64,000 nt of DNA from a virus (IMGVR_UViG_3300031576_000005:64001-128000); one strand, 5' to 3'; counted from the first letter of the stretch, positions 29,165-39,278 are shown. The notes: generated by a model not told the origin, from the letters alone. Numbers and translations: made by a program.

Positions 29165-29884
29165 TTAACACAAACTATTTATATATAATTTGAATTTTTT
29201 AAATTGTTCGGGTGTATTGTGGCGACTCCCGAAAATCTTATGAAAAAGAATATGAAGGTCTTTAGAAATAGTTATCCCGTTAGAGACATTAAAACGTTCT
29301 TCGGGGTAGTCAGCCCAGTTGTAGAGATGGTGGACTACAAGTTTTCCACCAACACTTCCGGTGATTTGACAAGTATAATTGTCTCGTGTATAAACTGATT
29401 TTCGCCATTCGTTAGTTTTAGAGTTATAATGCCTATCATTTTCTCTTTCCTCTTTAGTTAAATCATGTCGCCATAAGGGATTTTGCTCTCCAAATTTACC
29501 AAATCTTGGATGTTTTTCTCTCTTGGTGGCTAAACTCATTTTTTTACGAGCTTCTTCGGTATGTCGCCTGCCAAAATTATGAGATAATTCTCCTCTCTTA
29601 CCATATTGACAACTTTTTTCTCCTTTTTGAGAAGAACTAATTCTTTGTTTTGTTTCTTCTTTATGATGCTTTCCAAAGACGGGAGAAAGTTCTCCAGATT
29701 TTCCGAACATTGGATTTCTTTCACCTTTGCTAGCACAAGATTTACAATAATCTCGCCCATTTCCTTTTAATACTCCGTATTTATCTAAAATCCTTTCTTT
29801 GCCACAATCATCGCAACGAACCAAACTTTTGAGCCTCCTTCTCTTTTCTCCATATGTATTCAAAAAATTTAAACAAACAATCAT
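29165..29884 (-). CDS. NUMOD3-HNH endonuclease (copy 3, intact)
   Basis: MIVCLNFLNTY, RCDDC/YCKSC, NUMOD3 repeats, HHLYNW..NG..H. Confidence 0.85.
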   Translation of the reverse strand: MIVCLNFLNTYGEKRRRLKSLVRCDDCGKERILDKYGVLKGNGRDYCKSCASKGERNPMFGKSGELSPVFGKHHKEETKQRISSSQKGEKSCQYGKRGELSHNFGRRHTEEARKKMSLATKREKHPRFGKFGEQNPLWRHDLTKEERENDRHYNSKTNEWRKSVYTRDNYTCQITGSVGGKLVVHHLYNWADYPEERFNVSNGITISKDLHILFHKIFGSRHNTPEQFKKFKLYINSLC

Positions 29885-29885
29885 A

Positions 29886-30149
29886 TTATTTATCCATCTC
29901 TTGCAAGAATTTCTTCATTCGTTCTACCTTTTCCGAATCTAGGCAAACATGGTCAGCCCAAGGTTTTCCAGTTCTAACAATCTGCCAAACCCATCTTATA
30001 CGCTCTCTCCAAGATAGTATTGGATTTGTCACCGATAATTCCCAGACTGATACGTATAATGTCTTATCTTCAATATCATAATCAAATTCTAATGCATGTT
30101 GGGTGCAATCACATCGGAAGAATTCATATTTATTATTCATAATCATCAT
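29886..30149 (-). CDS. Small hypothetical protein (CxC-H)
   Basis: FFRCDCTQH..., WRERIRWVW. Confidence 0.5.
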   Translation of the reverse strand: MMIMNNKYEFFRCDCTQHALEFDYDIEDKTLYVSVWELSVTNPILSWRERIRWVWQIVRTGKPWADHVCLDSEKVERMKKFLQEMDK

Positions 30150-30324
30150 CTTTCATAGCTTTAATTCCAGCAATCCATCCCCTGATATAACCATACAGGA
30201 AGAATGACCAACATAAGGGGCCAAAAAACAGTATCATCCAAATATTCTTTATTGTCCATTTTGCTATAGGGCTACAAAGATACCCCATAACCGACCAACC
30301 TAATAATATTAAAAATAATATCAT
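30133..30324 (-). CDS. Small two-TM membrane protein (paralogue 3)
   Basis: WSVMGYL...FFGPLCW; ATGA-coupled start at 30324. Confidence 0.6.
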   Translation of the reverse strand: MILFLILLGWSVMGYLCSPIAKWTIKNIWMILFFGPLCWSFFLYGYIRGWIAGIKAMKDDDYE

Positions 30325-30497
30325 AACTTCCTTCTTTCTATATAGTCTCGAATCCAGGCGTAAATAAAAATTAACCAAACAATTGGTCCGAAAAATATTA
30401 CTAATCTAATATTGGTGGCTTTCCATTCTATTATGGAGAGGAACAAATATCCAATTATTGACCAATTTAATAATAAAATAAATAAAATAGGCATCAT
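30321..30497 (-). CDS. Small two-TM membrane protein (paralogue 2)
   Basis: WSIIGYL...FFGPIVW; ATGA-coupled start at 30497. Confidence 0.6.
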   Translation of the reverse strand: MMPILFILLLNWSIIGYLFLSIIEWKATNIRLVIFFGPIVWLIFIYAWIRDYIERRKL

Positions 30498-30676
30498 AAT
30501 CTCCCCCTTAAGAATCTGATTATAGTTCGAAAAAACATAAAGACAAACATAGCCCAAACGATTGGCCCGCCAAGAAAGAAATATAGAACCTCCTCCCAGG
30601 CGGAATTAGTTGGCGTCTCCGAATAATATACACAGCCCAAAAACCCAACAATACTCCAAATAAGTAAAAATATCAT
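30494..30676 (-). CDS. Small two-TM membrane protein (paralogue 1)
   Basis: WSIVGFL...LGGPIVW. Confidence 0.6.
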   Translation of the reverse strand: MIFLLIWSIVGFLGCVYYSETPTNSAWEEVLYFFLGGPIVWAMFVFMFFRTIIRFLRGRL

Positions 30677-30882
30677 ACCAGCTCCCCCTCTGATTGAAAG
30701 TTATATTGTTCATCGAAATTAGTTAAATGTTTATCAAGATTTGCTGTATTAATAATAAGCCAATCGCTTCTTTGAGAATAAAATTTTTGAATATAAGATT
30801 CCGCTTCAAAGATTGTTTTGAAGCCTGTTTTTGTTAGCCTCGAATAAACATCGGGGAGAAATAATGCTGTATAATTCTTCAT
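30673..30882 (-). CDS. Small hypothetical protein
   Basis: First gene after a leaderless promoter. Confidence 0.55.
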   Translation of the reverse strand: MKNYTALFLPDVYSRLTKTGFKTIFEAESYIQKFYSQRSDWLIINTANLDKHLTNFDEQYNFQSEGELV

Positions 30883-30888
30883 GTTCCA

Positions 30889-30917
30889 AATCTACCACTA
30901 TTTTTCTTTTTAGTCAA
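30889..30917 (-). promoter_or_regulatory. Sigma70-type leaderless promoter
   Basis: TTGACT-N17-TAGATT with TGn, ATG 6 nt downstream. Confidence 0.65.
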
Positions 30918-30922
30918 TAGTT

Positions 30923-31216
30923 TTATTCGATATTAAATCTTTTTGTGGTTTGTGTATATTCTATGTCTTTTTCTTCTGGTGTTTTAGCCTCGACTGGTTT
31001 ATTACAATTTTTGAAGATATAGAGCCTTTCTGCTTTTCCTATTATTTCGTACTCTTCTATTAGGAACGGCTGGTTTGTTTTGGTCACATTTGCTTGAATC
31101 AGAGGCAGGGAGTCGATATAATATAGATGTTCAGAATCCTCTTCTAAGACGGCAACCAAAGATTCTAAGATATCCTGTTCAATTAAATATCCAGAAATTG
31201 TTCTGATTAGGTTCAT
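30923..31216 (-). CDS. Hypothetical protein
   Basis: ATGA overlap with the HNH stop. Confidence 0.5.
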   Translation of the reverse strand: MNLIRTISGYLIEQDILESLVAVLEEDSEHLYYIDSLPLIQANVTKTNQPFLIEEYEIIGKAERLYIFKNCNKPVEAKTPEEKDIEYTQTTKRFNIE

Positions 31217-31956
31217 GATAGAATATCTAAGATATATTTTTCGAATTGCTTGAATTGCGATGGGGTGTTATTCTTAATTCCGAAAATCATATGAAAAAGA
31301 ATATGAAGGTCTTTGGAAATTGTGATTCCGTTATTCATATCAAAGCGAAGCTCTGGATAATTCGCATAATTGTACAAGTGATGAGCTACAAGTTCGCCGC
31401 CTTTTCGTCCGGTGATTTGGTCAATATAGTCGTCTCGTTTAAAAACTTTATTTCTCCATTCTAATGTCTTAGGATTATAATTTCTGTTTTTATTGTTTTC
31501 CCTTTCTTGTTGTGTTAAATCATCTCGCCACATAGGGTTTTTATTTCCTAAGTGAGATAATCTAATTTTTTCCAGATGCTCTTTGGTGTGGTGTTTTCCA
31601 TAAAATCCGGCGTCTTTACCATATCTACCGAACATAGCATTCTTTTCTCCGCTTCGTGCTTCGCTCATTTTTTTACGAGTTTCTTCAGAGGCTTTCTTCC
31701 CATAATTATTACCTTTACCTCCCTTTTGAGCTTCGCTAATTTTCTTACATCTTTCCAAAGAATAATGTTTACCATAGTTATAGGATTTTTCTCCCTTCGT
31801 GCAACAAGAAGCACAAAAACTAACTCCAACCCCTCGCTTTGCAGAGCCTTTTCTAATAATTCTTTCTTTTCCACAATCATCACACCGAACCAGACTTTTT
31901 ATAATAGTTCTTTTTCCATCTTCATATGTATTCAAAAAGTCTAAACAAACTATCAT
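31213..31956 (-). CDS. NUMOD3-HNH endonuclease (copy 4, intact)
   Basis: MIVCLDFLNTY start at 31956; same architecture as the other copies. Confidence 0.85.
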   Translation of the reverse strand: MIVCLDFLNTYEDGKRTIIKSLVRCDDCGKERIIRKGSAKRGVGVSFCASCCTKGEKSYNYGKHYSLERCKKISEAQKGGKGNNYGKKASEETRKKMSEARSGEKNAMFGRYGKDAGFYGKHHTKEHLEKIRLSHLGNKNPMWRDDLTQQERENNKNRNYNPKTLEWRNKVFKRDDYIDQITGRKGGELVAHHLYNYANYPELRFDMNNGITISKDLHILFHMIFGIKNNTPSQFKQFEKYILDILS

Positions 31957-31957
31957 A

Positions 31958-32881
31958 TTATTTGACAATTATTTCTTTGTTATTGTTTTTTAATGATTCA
32001 TCACATTTTTCAAGAATTTTAATTATATCACACGAAAGGCCAATATCAATTTGTAGTTTATCTTCTAATGCGTCTATGAACGAAGAAATTACTTTTGTTA
32101 ATGGTTTTTCATTACTAACAGTAATTGTTTTGCAAGAATCACCACGAATTTGAAATAATTCCTGGTCAAACATTGTCATTTTAAGAAAATTAGATTCGGC
32201 AGTGAATCCTCGATACTTGCTTGAGGACAAATTGTCTACATCGATTGAGGCTACTAGATGTTTGAATTTTACATCAACATGCAATTGTCCGGAATTATCG
32301 TAGTTTGGATGGCTTATTAGGTTAGCTTTAACAGATATTGGAGTTTCTTTTAAAAGTCTTATCATCATAGATAAATCGTGTCCACACCAATCCCAGAGTA
32401 TACCGATGTCCTTCCTAAATGGCCCGAAACTAGCACTCTTAGAAACTATTGATTTTATTGGGTCATTTTTAAATGTTTTAACCAATTCTATAAATGCCGG
32501 ATTAAATAATTGCGTGTTATCTATGAGGCAAGGAATTTGTTGTTTTTGTGCCAAATTTTTAATCTCTTGCGAGTCGTAAGAATTTAAGCATATCGGCTTT
32601 TCACAAATGAAAGGAAGAAGGTGATAAAAGCACCCACAAATAATCTCAAAATGCGTATGTGGAGGTGTCGCAATAATACAGAAATCAAGCTTTTTATCAA
32701 GAAGCAATTCTATATAATTATCTGTGATTTTAACTTTATTTTTGAATAGCGATGAATTAGCTGGGTTTGAAGTATATAAATGGGTGATTTCTACGTTTTC
32801 CATTTGTTGGATGGTTCGAATGTAATTTTTACCGAATCTTCCGCAACCTATTAGTCCACATTTATATACTTTGTCAGACAT
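31958..32881 (-). CDS. Gfo/Idh/MocA-family oxidoreductase
   Basis: GLIGCGRFG, IATPPHTH, CEKP, WDWCGHD. Confidence 0.88.
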   Translation of the reverse strand: MSDKVYKCGLIGCGRFGKNYIRTIQQMENVEITHLYTSNPANSSLFKNKVKITDNYIELLLDKKLDFCIIATPPHTHFEIICGCFYHLLPFICEKPICLNSYDSQEIKNLAQKQQIPCLIDNTQLFNPAFIELVKTFKNDPIKSIVSKSASFGPFRKDIGILWDWCGHDLSMMIRLLKETPISVKANLISHPNYDNSGQLHVDVKFKHLVASIDVDNLSSSKYRGFTAESNFLKMTMFDQELFQIRGDSCKTITVSNEKPLTKVISSFIDALEDKLQIDIGLSCDIIKILEKCDESLKNNNKEIIVK

Positions 32882-32891
32882 ATATAAATTT

Positions 32892-32920
32892 ACACTATCA
32901 TGACTTTAAATAAAAATCAA
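32892..32920 (-). promoter_or_regulatory. Sigma70-type promoter overlapping an AGTGTAA motif
   Basis: TTGATT-N17-TAGTGT with TGn, ATG 10 nt downstream. Confidence 0.45.
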
Positions 32921-32923
32921 GAC

Positions 32924-33988
32924 TTAAGAATTTAAAGTTTTTGCCCATTCAAAATATCTCCTTACACCCTCTTCCAATGATACTTTTGGAGAATAGCCAA
33001 TTGCTTCACGAACTTTTGAAAGGTCTGGAGCGCGTCTTTTAGGCTGTTTTTTATAAACTGATATCGGTTCCAAAAATTCTACTTTTACCTTTGGATTGCC
33101 AACTATTTTACAGACTAGATTTGCTAAATCGACCATAGATATTTCGCCAGTATTATCGGCGCCCAAATTAAATATTTGGCCATTATATTCGCTTAGCGAT
33201 AGTTTAATTAATCCGGTTAAGAAATCGGTCACATACACAAAGGTTCTAGTCTCTTGGCCAAGGCCATAAACAGGCAATAACTCACTATTTAATGCTTTAC
33301 TTATAAAGGACGGCAAAACGCGGCCATCTTTAATATTCATTCCAGCCCCGAAACAATTAAATGGCCTGATTGTTTTTATCGGCACATTATATAATCGATA
33401 AAAAATATCCCCTAGAGTCTCTAACACTTTCTTGGATTGGTCATAACACGCCCTCTCTCCCACAGAAGATACATTCCCGTTATATTCTTCTTTAGTAGGA
33501 ACATTGGCTTCATCGGGGTCTCCATAAACCTCGCTTGAACTCATTAAAACCACGGACTTTGCTTGTTTTTGATATGCTAAATTTAATATATTTTTAGTTC
33601 CAGCATATCCTATATCTAAAGTCACCAAAGGCATCTTTTTGTAAAAAATAGGCGATGCCACCGAAGCCATATTCCAAATATAATCTATCTTATCATTTGG
33701 TCCTAATTTGGTATCAAAGGGAAGGCAAATATCGTGGTTTAAAGCCGTAAAGTTTTTATCTGTATAAATTAACGGAGTGTTTCCAATAAGATAAGTATCG
33801 GAACCTACAACTTTTACGGGATTATTAGCTAAAATAGTTTCATTTAATCTTAGAAGATAGTTTGTAAGACACTTTCCGAGAAAACCCGCGATACCCACAA
33901 GAAGTATCGTTTTTCCCGCAAATTGAAAATTATTCTCACCTAAATTATCAATAATTTCTTGGGCGTCTGATTGTTCTATAGAATGCAT
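32924..33988 (-). CDS. UDP-glucuronate decarboxylase (UDP-xylose synthase)-like SDR
   Basis: GIAGFLG, ASVASP..Y, SSSEVYGDP, RACYDQSK, DGRV, TRTFVYVTD, RRAPDLSK. Confidence 0.82.
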   Translation of the reverse strand: MHSIEQSDAQEIIDNLGENNFQFAGKTILLVGIAGFLGKCLTNYLLRLNETILANNPVKVVGSDTYLIGNTPLIYTDKNFTALNHDICLPFDTKLGPNDKIDYIWNMASVASPIFYKKMPLVTLDIGYAGTKNILNLAYQKQAKSVVLMSSSEVYGDPDEANVPTKEEYNGNVSSVGERACYDQSKKVLETLGDIFYRLYNVPIKTIRPFNCFGAGMNIKDGRVLPSFISKALNSELLPVYGLGQETRTFVYVTDFLTGLIKLSLSEYNGQIFNLGADNTGEISMVDLANLVCKIVGNPKVKVEFLEPISVYKKQPKRRAPDLSKVREAIGYSPKVSLEEGVRRYFEWAKTLNS

Positions 33989-33994
33989 ATTAAT

Positions 33995-34726
33995 TTATAT
34001 TTTTTTATTATTGACTATTAACTGACACCAATTTAAAAATTCATCTTCTTGAAAAGCTTGTTTCATCCTATTAACATCTTTGTGTACCCACTGAATATTG
34101 TCCGGAATATATCCTTTCCTTGAATCTATTCTATCTAATGAAGCCGTGGTTTTTGAGCATTCTTTTCTTAACTTATAAAATAATAATAAAACCCCGGATA
34201 AAGCACATTTTCTATCTTGCTGAATAAATTTATCCCAAGCTTGCTCTATACTAATACTGCATTCGAAACCCCTTTCAATCGCCCCTTTGTTTATTCTTGT
34301 CCATAATGAACCAGTTATTTCCTCATATCCATTACTTTTGAATTTTTTAGTAATTTCCCTTCCACATAAATAACAATTAATTTTGCCGCACTTTACGTGG
34401 TTAAAAGTTCTCAAAAAAACATTTCCACACTTACATTTCCATTGAGTTTTCTTCATTACCGAATTTTGCATTGGACCTATATATTTTATATTTTTTTCTT
34501 TGGCTATTTTATGGTAATCTTCTTCTGTTTTGGGTATATTGGTATTTGAACATATACGACATATTGCGCGATGATTTAGATTATTATATGATTTCCATGT
34601 TTTATGATTGTTTGGACAAATCCACCAAGTATTGTGATGGCTGCTTTGTGGAATAGGTCCTATAAAAATATAACCAAATTTTTGAGCCAAATCATTGTAC
34701 TGCTGTTCTGTATACTTTATTGGCAT
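33995..34726 (-). CDS. Zinc-ribbon plus HNH-type endonuclease
   Basis: WWICPNNH, WKCKCG, KCALSG, ASLDRIDSRKGY..NIQWVH..VN.MK. Confidence 0.75.
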   Translation of the reverse strand: MPIKYTEQQYNDLAQKFGYIFIGPIPQSSHHNTWWICPNNHKTWKSYNNLNHRAICRICSNTNIPKTEEDYHKIAKEKNIKYIGPMQNSVMKKTQWKCKCGNVFLRTFNHVKCGKINCYLCGREITKKFKSNGYEEITGSLWTRINKGAIERGFECSISIEQAWDKFIQQDRKCALSGVLLLFYKLRKECSKTTASLDRIDSRKGYIPDNIQWVHKDVNRMKQAFQEDEFLNWCQLIVNNKKI

Positions 34727-35958
34727 GATATAAAATCAATATTTGGCAATATTTTAATCCAAATCCCTTTATAGTCGGGATTATTTTTAATAATGCTATC
34801 TGCAAAATTCCATGCGGTTAATATGCAATAATCTGGATTTTTATTTAAAAGCTCTTCTTTAGGCTTAATTTCTATATGCTTGCCAGGAACGAACTTCCTC
34901 CATTTTAAAAAGGAATCATCTATTACAAAATCTATTATCGAATTATCAATATTAAAAAAATGAAGCAATGTTACAAGTTTTGCTGGTGCTCCATATGCCG
35001 ATATAGATTTCCCTTGAAGTTTTAGATTTTTTAAAATTTCTTTTATTTTAACTTTATGATTATTGAGATTATTTATAAATAATTTATATGCCTCATCCCT
35101 ATATAAACCCGCTTCTTCTTCCAATATAATACATTTTTCGACGCTAGACCAATTCGTAAAACAATGGTGAGTGTGTTTGACGAACGCGCGAAAACTTCCT
35201 CCTTGATTTGAATTTCGTTCTACCCTGACAATTTCTAAATCAAATTGTCTAAAAAATCTTTTAAGTGGTTTGATGCTATGAAAAAATAAATGTTCATGAT
35301 ACACTTGGTCAAAATATAAACCATTAATGGTATCGAGTAAATATGCATTCTCCATAATAAACACACCATCTGGGGCTAACAATAATTTTATTCCTTTAAC
35401 AATTGATTCCAAATTGGGAACATGTGCCATAACATTGTTGGCGGTGATAACCTTAGCCCGTCCGACTTCATTAACCATTTTTTTTGCCAGTTCTTCATTA
35501 AAGAATTCATTATATACCTTAATACTATCGCCCTTAGTCTGTTCAACTATGTTCGTAGCCGGTTCTATCCCTACCACATTCATACCCAACAACTTAAACG
35601 GTTTGAGCAATATATTGTCATTGCTGGCCACTTCTATGACCAAATCCCCCTGTTTTAATCCCCACTGCTTAACAACACTCTCGGCATAATCTGCAAAATG
35701 TTGTCGTAATTTAGCCGAAGTACTTGATGCATATAAATAGTTTTTAAATAGAATTTCGGGATTAACTGTATGTTTTAACCCGACGCTTCCGCATTCTTTA
35801 CATCGATAAACTTGAAGTGGAGCTTCAAATTCTGGTTGGTTAAGGCTTTCTTTGGAAACGAGAGAATTAGCTAGGGGGGTGTTGCCAAAGTCTAGAACCG
35901 TGGTAATATTTTGACTTTTACAAAGCCTGCATTCGTGAATTTCTTGGCATTTATCCAT
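34717..35958 (-). CDS. NDP-hexose C-methyltransferase
   Basis: CRLC, TPLAN, CKEC, EVASND, ANNVMAH, YHEH, YGAPAK, AWNF. Confidence 0.88.
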   Translation of the reverse strand: MDKCQEIHECRLCKSQNITTVLDFGNTPLANSLVSKESLNQPEFEAPLQVYRCKECGSVGLKHTVNPEILFKNYLYASSTSAKLRQHFADYAESVVKQWGLKQGDLVIEVASNDNILLKPFKLLGMNVVGIEPATNIVEQTKGDSIKVYNEFFNEELAKKMVNEVGRAKVITANNVMAHVPNLESIVKGIKLLLAPDGVFIMENAYLLDTINGLYFDQVYHEHLFFHSIKPLKRFFRQFDLEIVRVERNSNQGGSFRAFVKHTHHCFTNWSSVEKCIILEEEAGLYRDEAYKLFINNLNNHKVKIKEILKNLKLQGKSISAYGAPAKLVTLLHFFNIDNSIIDFVIDDSFLKWRKFVPGKHIEIKPKEELLNKNPDYCILTAWNFADSIIKNNPDYKGIWIKILPNIDFISCQ

Positions 35959-35983
35959 ATAAAACTTCTAAAATTTTTCAATG

Positions 35984-36379
35984 TCAAATCTTTGATAAAT
36001 AAAAGCCTAACCTAACCAAATCATGCTCATATTCATTTTGGTCTCGGCAACCAGTGGAAAGACAGATAAATGATGAGTCAACCGGAAAATACATTTCATG
36101 TTCAATCATTGAGCCGGTCCAGAATGAATCTCCGGCTTTTAATTTATATAACGTTGGCTTTTGGGTTGAACCAACTGGGCGCTCATAGTAATGAATCTCT
36201 CCCAGTGTGACATAGCAATTATGTCCGGATTTTAAATGGTAGTGTAGGGCGCGGTGGCTTCCAGCCATGCTTCGTATAAAAATTATGTCTCCATTAAAAT
36301 TTCTATCTACATTCTCAATAACCCCGCGTTTATCTTCAAACACAGGTAGTTTGTCTTGTATTACTTTTGTTATATCCAT
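35984..36379 (-). CDS. Cupin, NDP-sugar epimerase/ketoisomerase-like
   Basis: FEDKRG, RALHYH, IEHEM. Confidence 0.7.
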   Translation of the reverse strand: MDITKVIQDKLPVFEDKRGVIENVDRNFNGDIIFIRSMAGSHRALHYHLKSGHNCYVTLGEIHYYERPVGSTQKPTLYKLKAGDSFWTGSMIEHEMYFPVDSSFICLSTGCRDQNEYEHDLVRLGFYLSKI

Positions 36380-36391
36380 AAATTTAATATT

Positions 36392-37282
36392 TTATTGATT
36401 TTCGTATTTTTCTTCAACTATATGATTGGCAAGCAAATAAGTGAGATAAAACAGATTTTCTAAATCTCTAAATTCATTTCCTTCAGTACGCATAGCTTTG
36501 ATGTTATCTACAGCTTCATTCAAAACTTCTTCTTTGTGTTCGTCGCTATTTAAAAACTTGGATTCAGGTACTTCTATAAAGATTTTTCCATCTTTTCGAT
36601 ATACTTTAATATCTTTTGATAATGAGGTTGGTTCAGAGACACGAGGCTCGTCATCACAGAAACCACCGCAGTAATCGCCACAGTAATAACATTGTTGCAT
36701 ATTTTGTCCTTATTTAATATTATTTTGGTTTAGGTATTTCGTCTTCATAACACCAATAGTCAAATACATCCGTATTAGTCCATTCATGCCCTTCATAAGC
36801 CCCAAATATGTTTACCTCTAAGTCGGTTACTCCATAATCTTGGGTAACCATTCCAAATTCTAATACATCCTCTTTACTAGAATATAATAACAAAATACTA
36901 GATTCTTTCCGAATCTTATACTCGTCCCAAGATAAGATTGGTAACATTTCTGTAAATTTATGCCAATTCATATTTCCGAATCACTTTCTCCTAATTCAAA
37001 AACTAAATAAAATTCCTTGTTTTTGTAAGTCGCTACAAATCCTCCGCTCGAAGCAGAGAAAAATCCTCCGCTCAGAGTAGATTGACTTTTAGCGGTGTCT
37101 TTTAAAAGTCTATACGCCGTATTATATAAATCATCAACAGTTGGAATGCTAGTACAGTCTCCATCCGGATTCCCCGTTGAGTATTTCCACCCCACGGCTT
37201 CCATTGCTTTTTGTACTTTGTCAAAATCAAAGCGAGATAAAGTTAAAGCGATTTTTAATTCTTGTTCTTTTGAGAGTTTCAT
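36392..37282 (-). other. Three small hypothetical genes (36392-36700, 36720-36971, 36968-37282)
   Basis: Co-oriented, abutting ORFs with no recognisable motifs. Confidence 0.5.
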
Positions 37283-38190
37283 ATATTTCTTGTAAAATTT
37301 TCAGTTTTCCATACTGGGCTTCCAACGAAAGTTTGTCCCTCAACCATTCCTGGAACATTTCCATTCACCCCACCTATGCAGAGATGTTGTCCGATTGACG
37401 CATCACAAATATCTAGCCACGGAAAATTTTTAGTTAAATCTAAACTATTTTTCTTTGCCCATTCATACCAATACCATGTTAGGGCGCATGTCATAATAGC
37501 GTCGTTAGCCATTTTTTTATTGTTAATTTCATCTTTGGTAAATGCAATCTTCATCCATTGCCAATATTCTGACACGACATCTCTTGTTTGGTCGTTTAAA
37601 TCTTCTAAAATTTTGTTAAATCTATGGTAAGCCAAAAAACACGAGCCACAAGAATTGCTTCCACCCTGCACTAATATTTTGCCTCGTTTTGTATCAATTT
37701 CAAATGGTTTATACATATATTCTCGGTTAATAATATCTTTACGAAATTGTTGTATCATTAATTTTGGAAAGAAATTATCAGTTTTTTCTTTATTATAAAA
37801 ATCTGGATGGGAGGTGAGTGGAATTGCCACAACATTCGGATTTGATTCGATAACAGCCATACAATCTTCCATGTATTCCCGTCTGAAAACGTAATCAGAT
37901 TCTACCATGAATATAAATTCTGGATTCAAAACCCTCATTAAATTATACGCAGACTCAAATTGGCGACCAATACCTAAATTACAACCATTTAATATCAAAT
38001 GAATAGGCATCTCTATTGAGCTATTTTCTTTTGCAAATTTAAACAAAGAAGATTGAATATTTAAATCCGAACAATCATCTAATATATATATTTCGTTTGG
38101 AAAAATTTTAGTATTAGATAAAGTTGTCCTTAGACAATCTGCAAGTACTTTTGGACGGTTATAAGTAAAATATATATATAATAATTTCAT
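37279..38190 (-). CDS. GT2/GT-A-like glycosyltransferase (paralogue B)
   Basis: TYNRP, ILDDCS, NLGI, ESDY. Confidence 0.75.
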   Translation of the reverse strand: MKLLYIYFTYNRPKVLADCLRTTLSNTKIFPNEIYILDDCSDLNIQSSLFKFAKENSSIEMPIHLILNGCNLGIGRQFESAYNLMRVLNPEFIFMVESDYVFRREYMEDCMAVIESNPNVVAIPLTSHPDFYNKEKTDNFFPKLMIQQFRKDIINREYMYKPFEIDTKRGKILVQGGSNSCGSCFLAYHRFNKILEDLNDQTRDVVSEYWQWMKIAFTKDEINNKKMANDAIMTCALTWYWYEWAKKNSLDLTKNFPWLDICDASIGQHLCIGGVNGNVPGMVEGQTFVGSPVWKTENFTRNI

Positions 38191-39059
38191 TGTGAGAACG
38201 AAGGCGAGCCAACAAAAGTTTGCCCTTCTTGAATACCAGGAATATTACCATTAATTCCTAGGGCATTAATATGGTTAGAAACTGACGGAACAATATTTAG
38301 TAAAGGAAAATATTTGCTGGTATCCCATCCTTGCTCCTTTGCGTAAAGCGACCAATAATAACTTAATCCGTGTGATAATGGACCGTCTGCTAAAAGTTTT
38401 CTATTACCCCCTGGTTGTTTATTAGCCAAACGTTCCCACCACGTTGTTTTCATTTCTGGATATTTTTTCATTAATTCCATTGTAAAACGCCATTTTAAAT
38501 AAATTGTTCCACAAGAATTAGAGATTCCACTCAATTTTAGAGTTTTGTTTCCCAATGTACAATCGAATAGTTTAAACATATTGGTTCTATTGACTGGGTC
38601 AGAACCGTAATCTTCTTTTATAATATTTCTATACATTTTATCATATCTTTCAGGCGTATAAAAATCTGGGTGGTCATATCCCGATATGCCAATTGATTTT
38701 TTCCCGATTTCACTTTCAAATACCTCTAAAATATCTTCTGCCCAATTTTTTCTAAATATGTAATCACTTTCAACAAAAAAAACATATTCTGGATTATATA
38801 CTCGTGCTACAGACAATCCAAATTCAAAATTCGTGCCATATCCTATATTTTCATTAAATGAAAGCATATCAATCGGCATTTCTTTCGTAGAATTTTCCAA
38901 ACAAAATTGCCATAACCCGACTTTTGTTGATTTTTCACTTGCATCATCTAAAATCACAACTCTATGTGGTTTAACGTTTGTATTGGAGAATAATGTGGCC
39001 AAACACTCTTTTAGAATTATTGGACGATTATGAGTGTATATAATATATAGAAGTTTCAT
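38187..39059 (-). CDS. GT2/GT-A-like glycosyltransferase (paralogue A)
   Basis: THNRP, ILDDAS, NIGY, ESDY. Confidence 0.75.
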   Translation of the reverse strand: MKLLYIIYTHNRPIILKECLATLFSNTNVKPHRVVILDDASEKSTKVGLWQFCLENSTKEMPIDMLSFNENIGYGTNFEFGLSVARVYNPEYVFFVESDYIFRKNWAEDILEVFESEIGKKSIGISGYDHPDFYTPERYDKMYRNIIKEDYGSDPVNRTNMFKLFDCTLGNKTLKLSGISNSCGTIYLKWRFTMELMKKYPEMKTTWWERLANKQPGGNRKLLADGPLSHGLSYYWSLYAKEQGWDTSKYFPLLNIVPSVSNHINALGINGNIPGIQEGQTFVGSPSFSQ

Positions 39060-39256
39060 ATTTTAAATTTTGCTATAAAATCACTACAAATTCCTGAGAT
39101 TTTAACTTTTGGTAATCCATAAATTTTAAAATGTTCATCTTTAGCTATAGAGTATTTAGAGCCTACTTCAGAAATAGCTTCGTTTAATGAAAAAAAATGA
39201 ATTTCTTTAGTGCTTGCTAGAACCCCGTCTAAATCAAAAATTATCAATTTAATCAT
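39056..39256 (-). pseudogene. Truncated HAD phosphatase, probable deletion remnant
   Basis: HAD motif I (FDLDGVL) only; 66 aa, lacking motifs II-IV. Confidence 0.6.
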
Positions 39257-39278
39257 ACCAATCTTTAAGAGTATAAAT

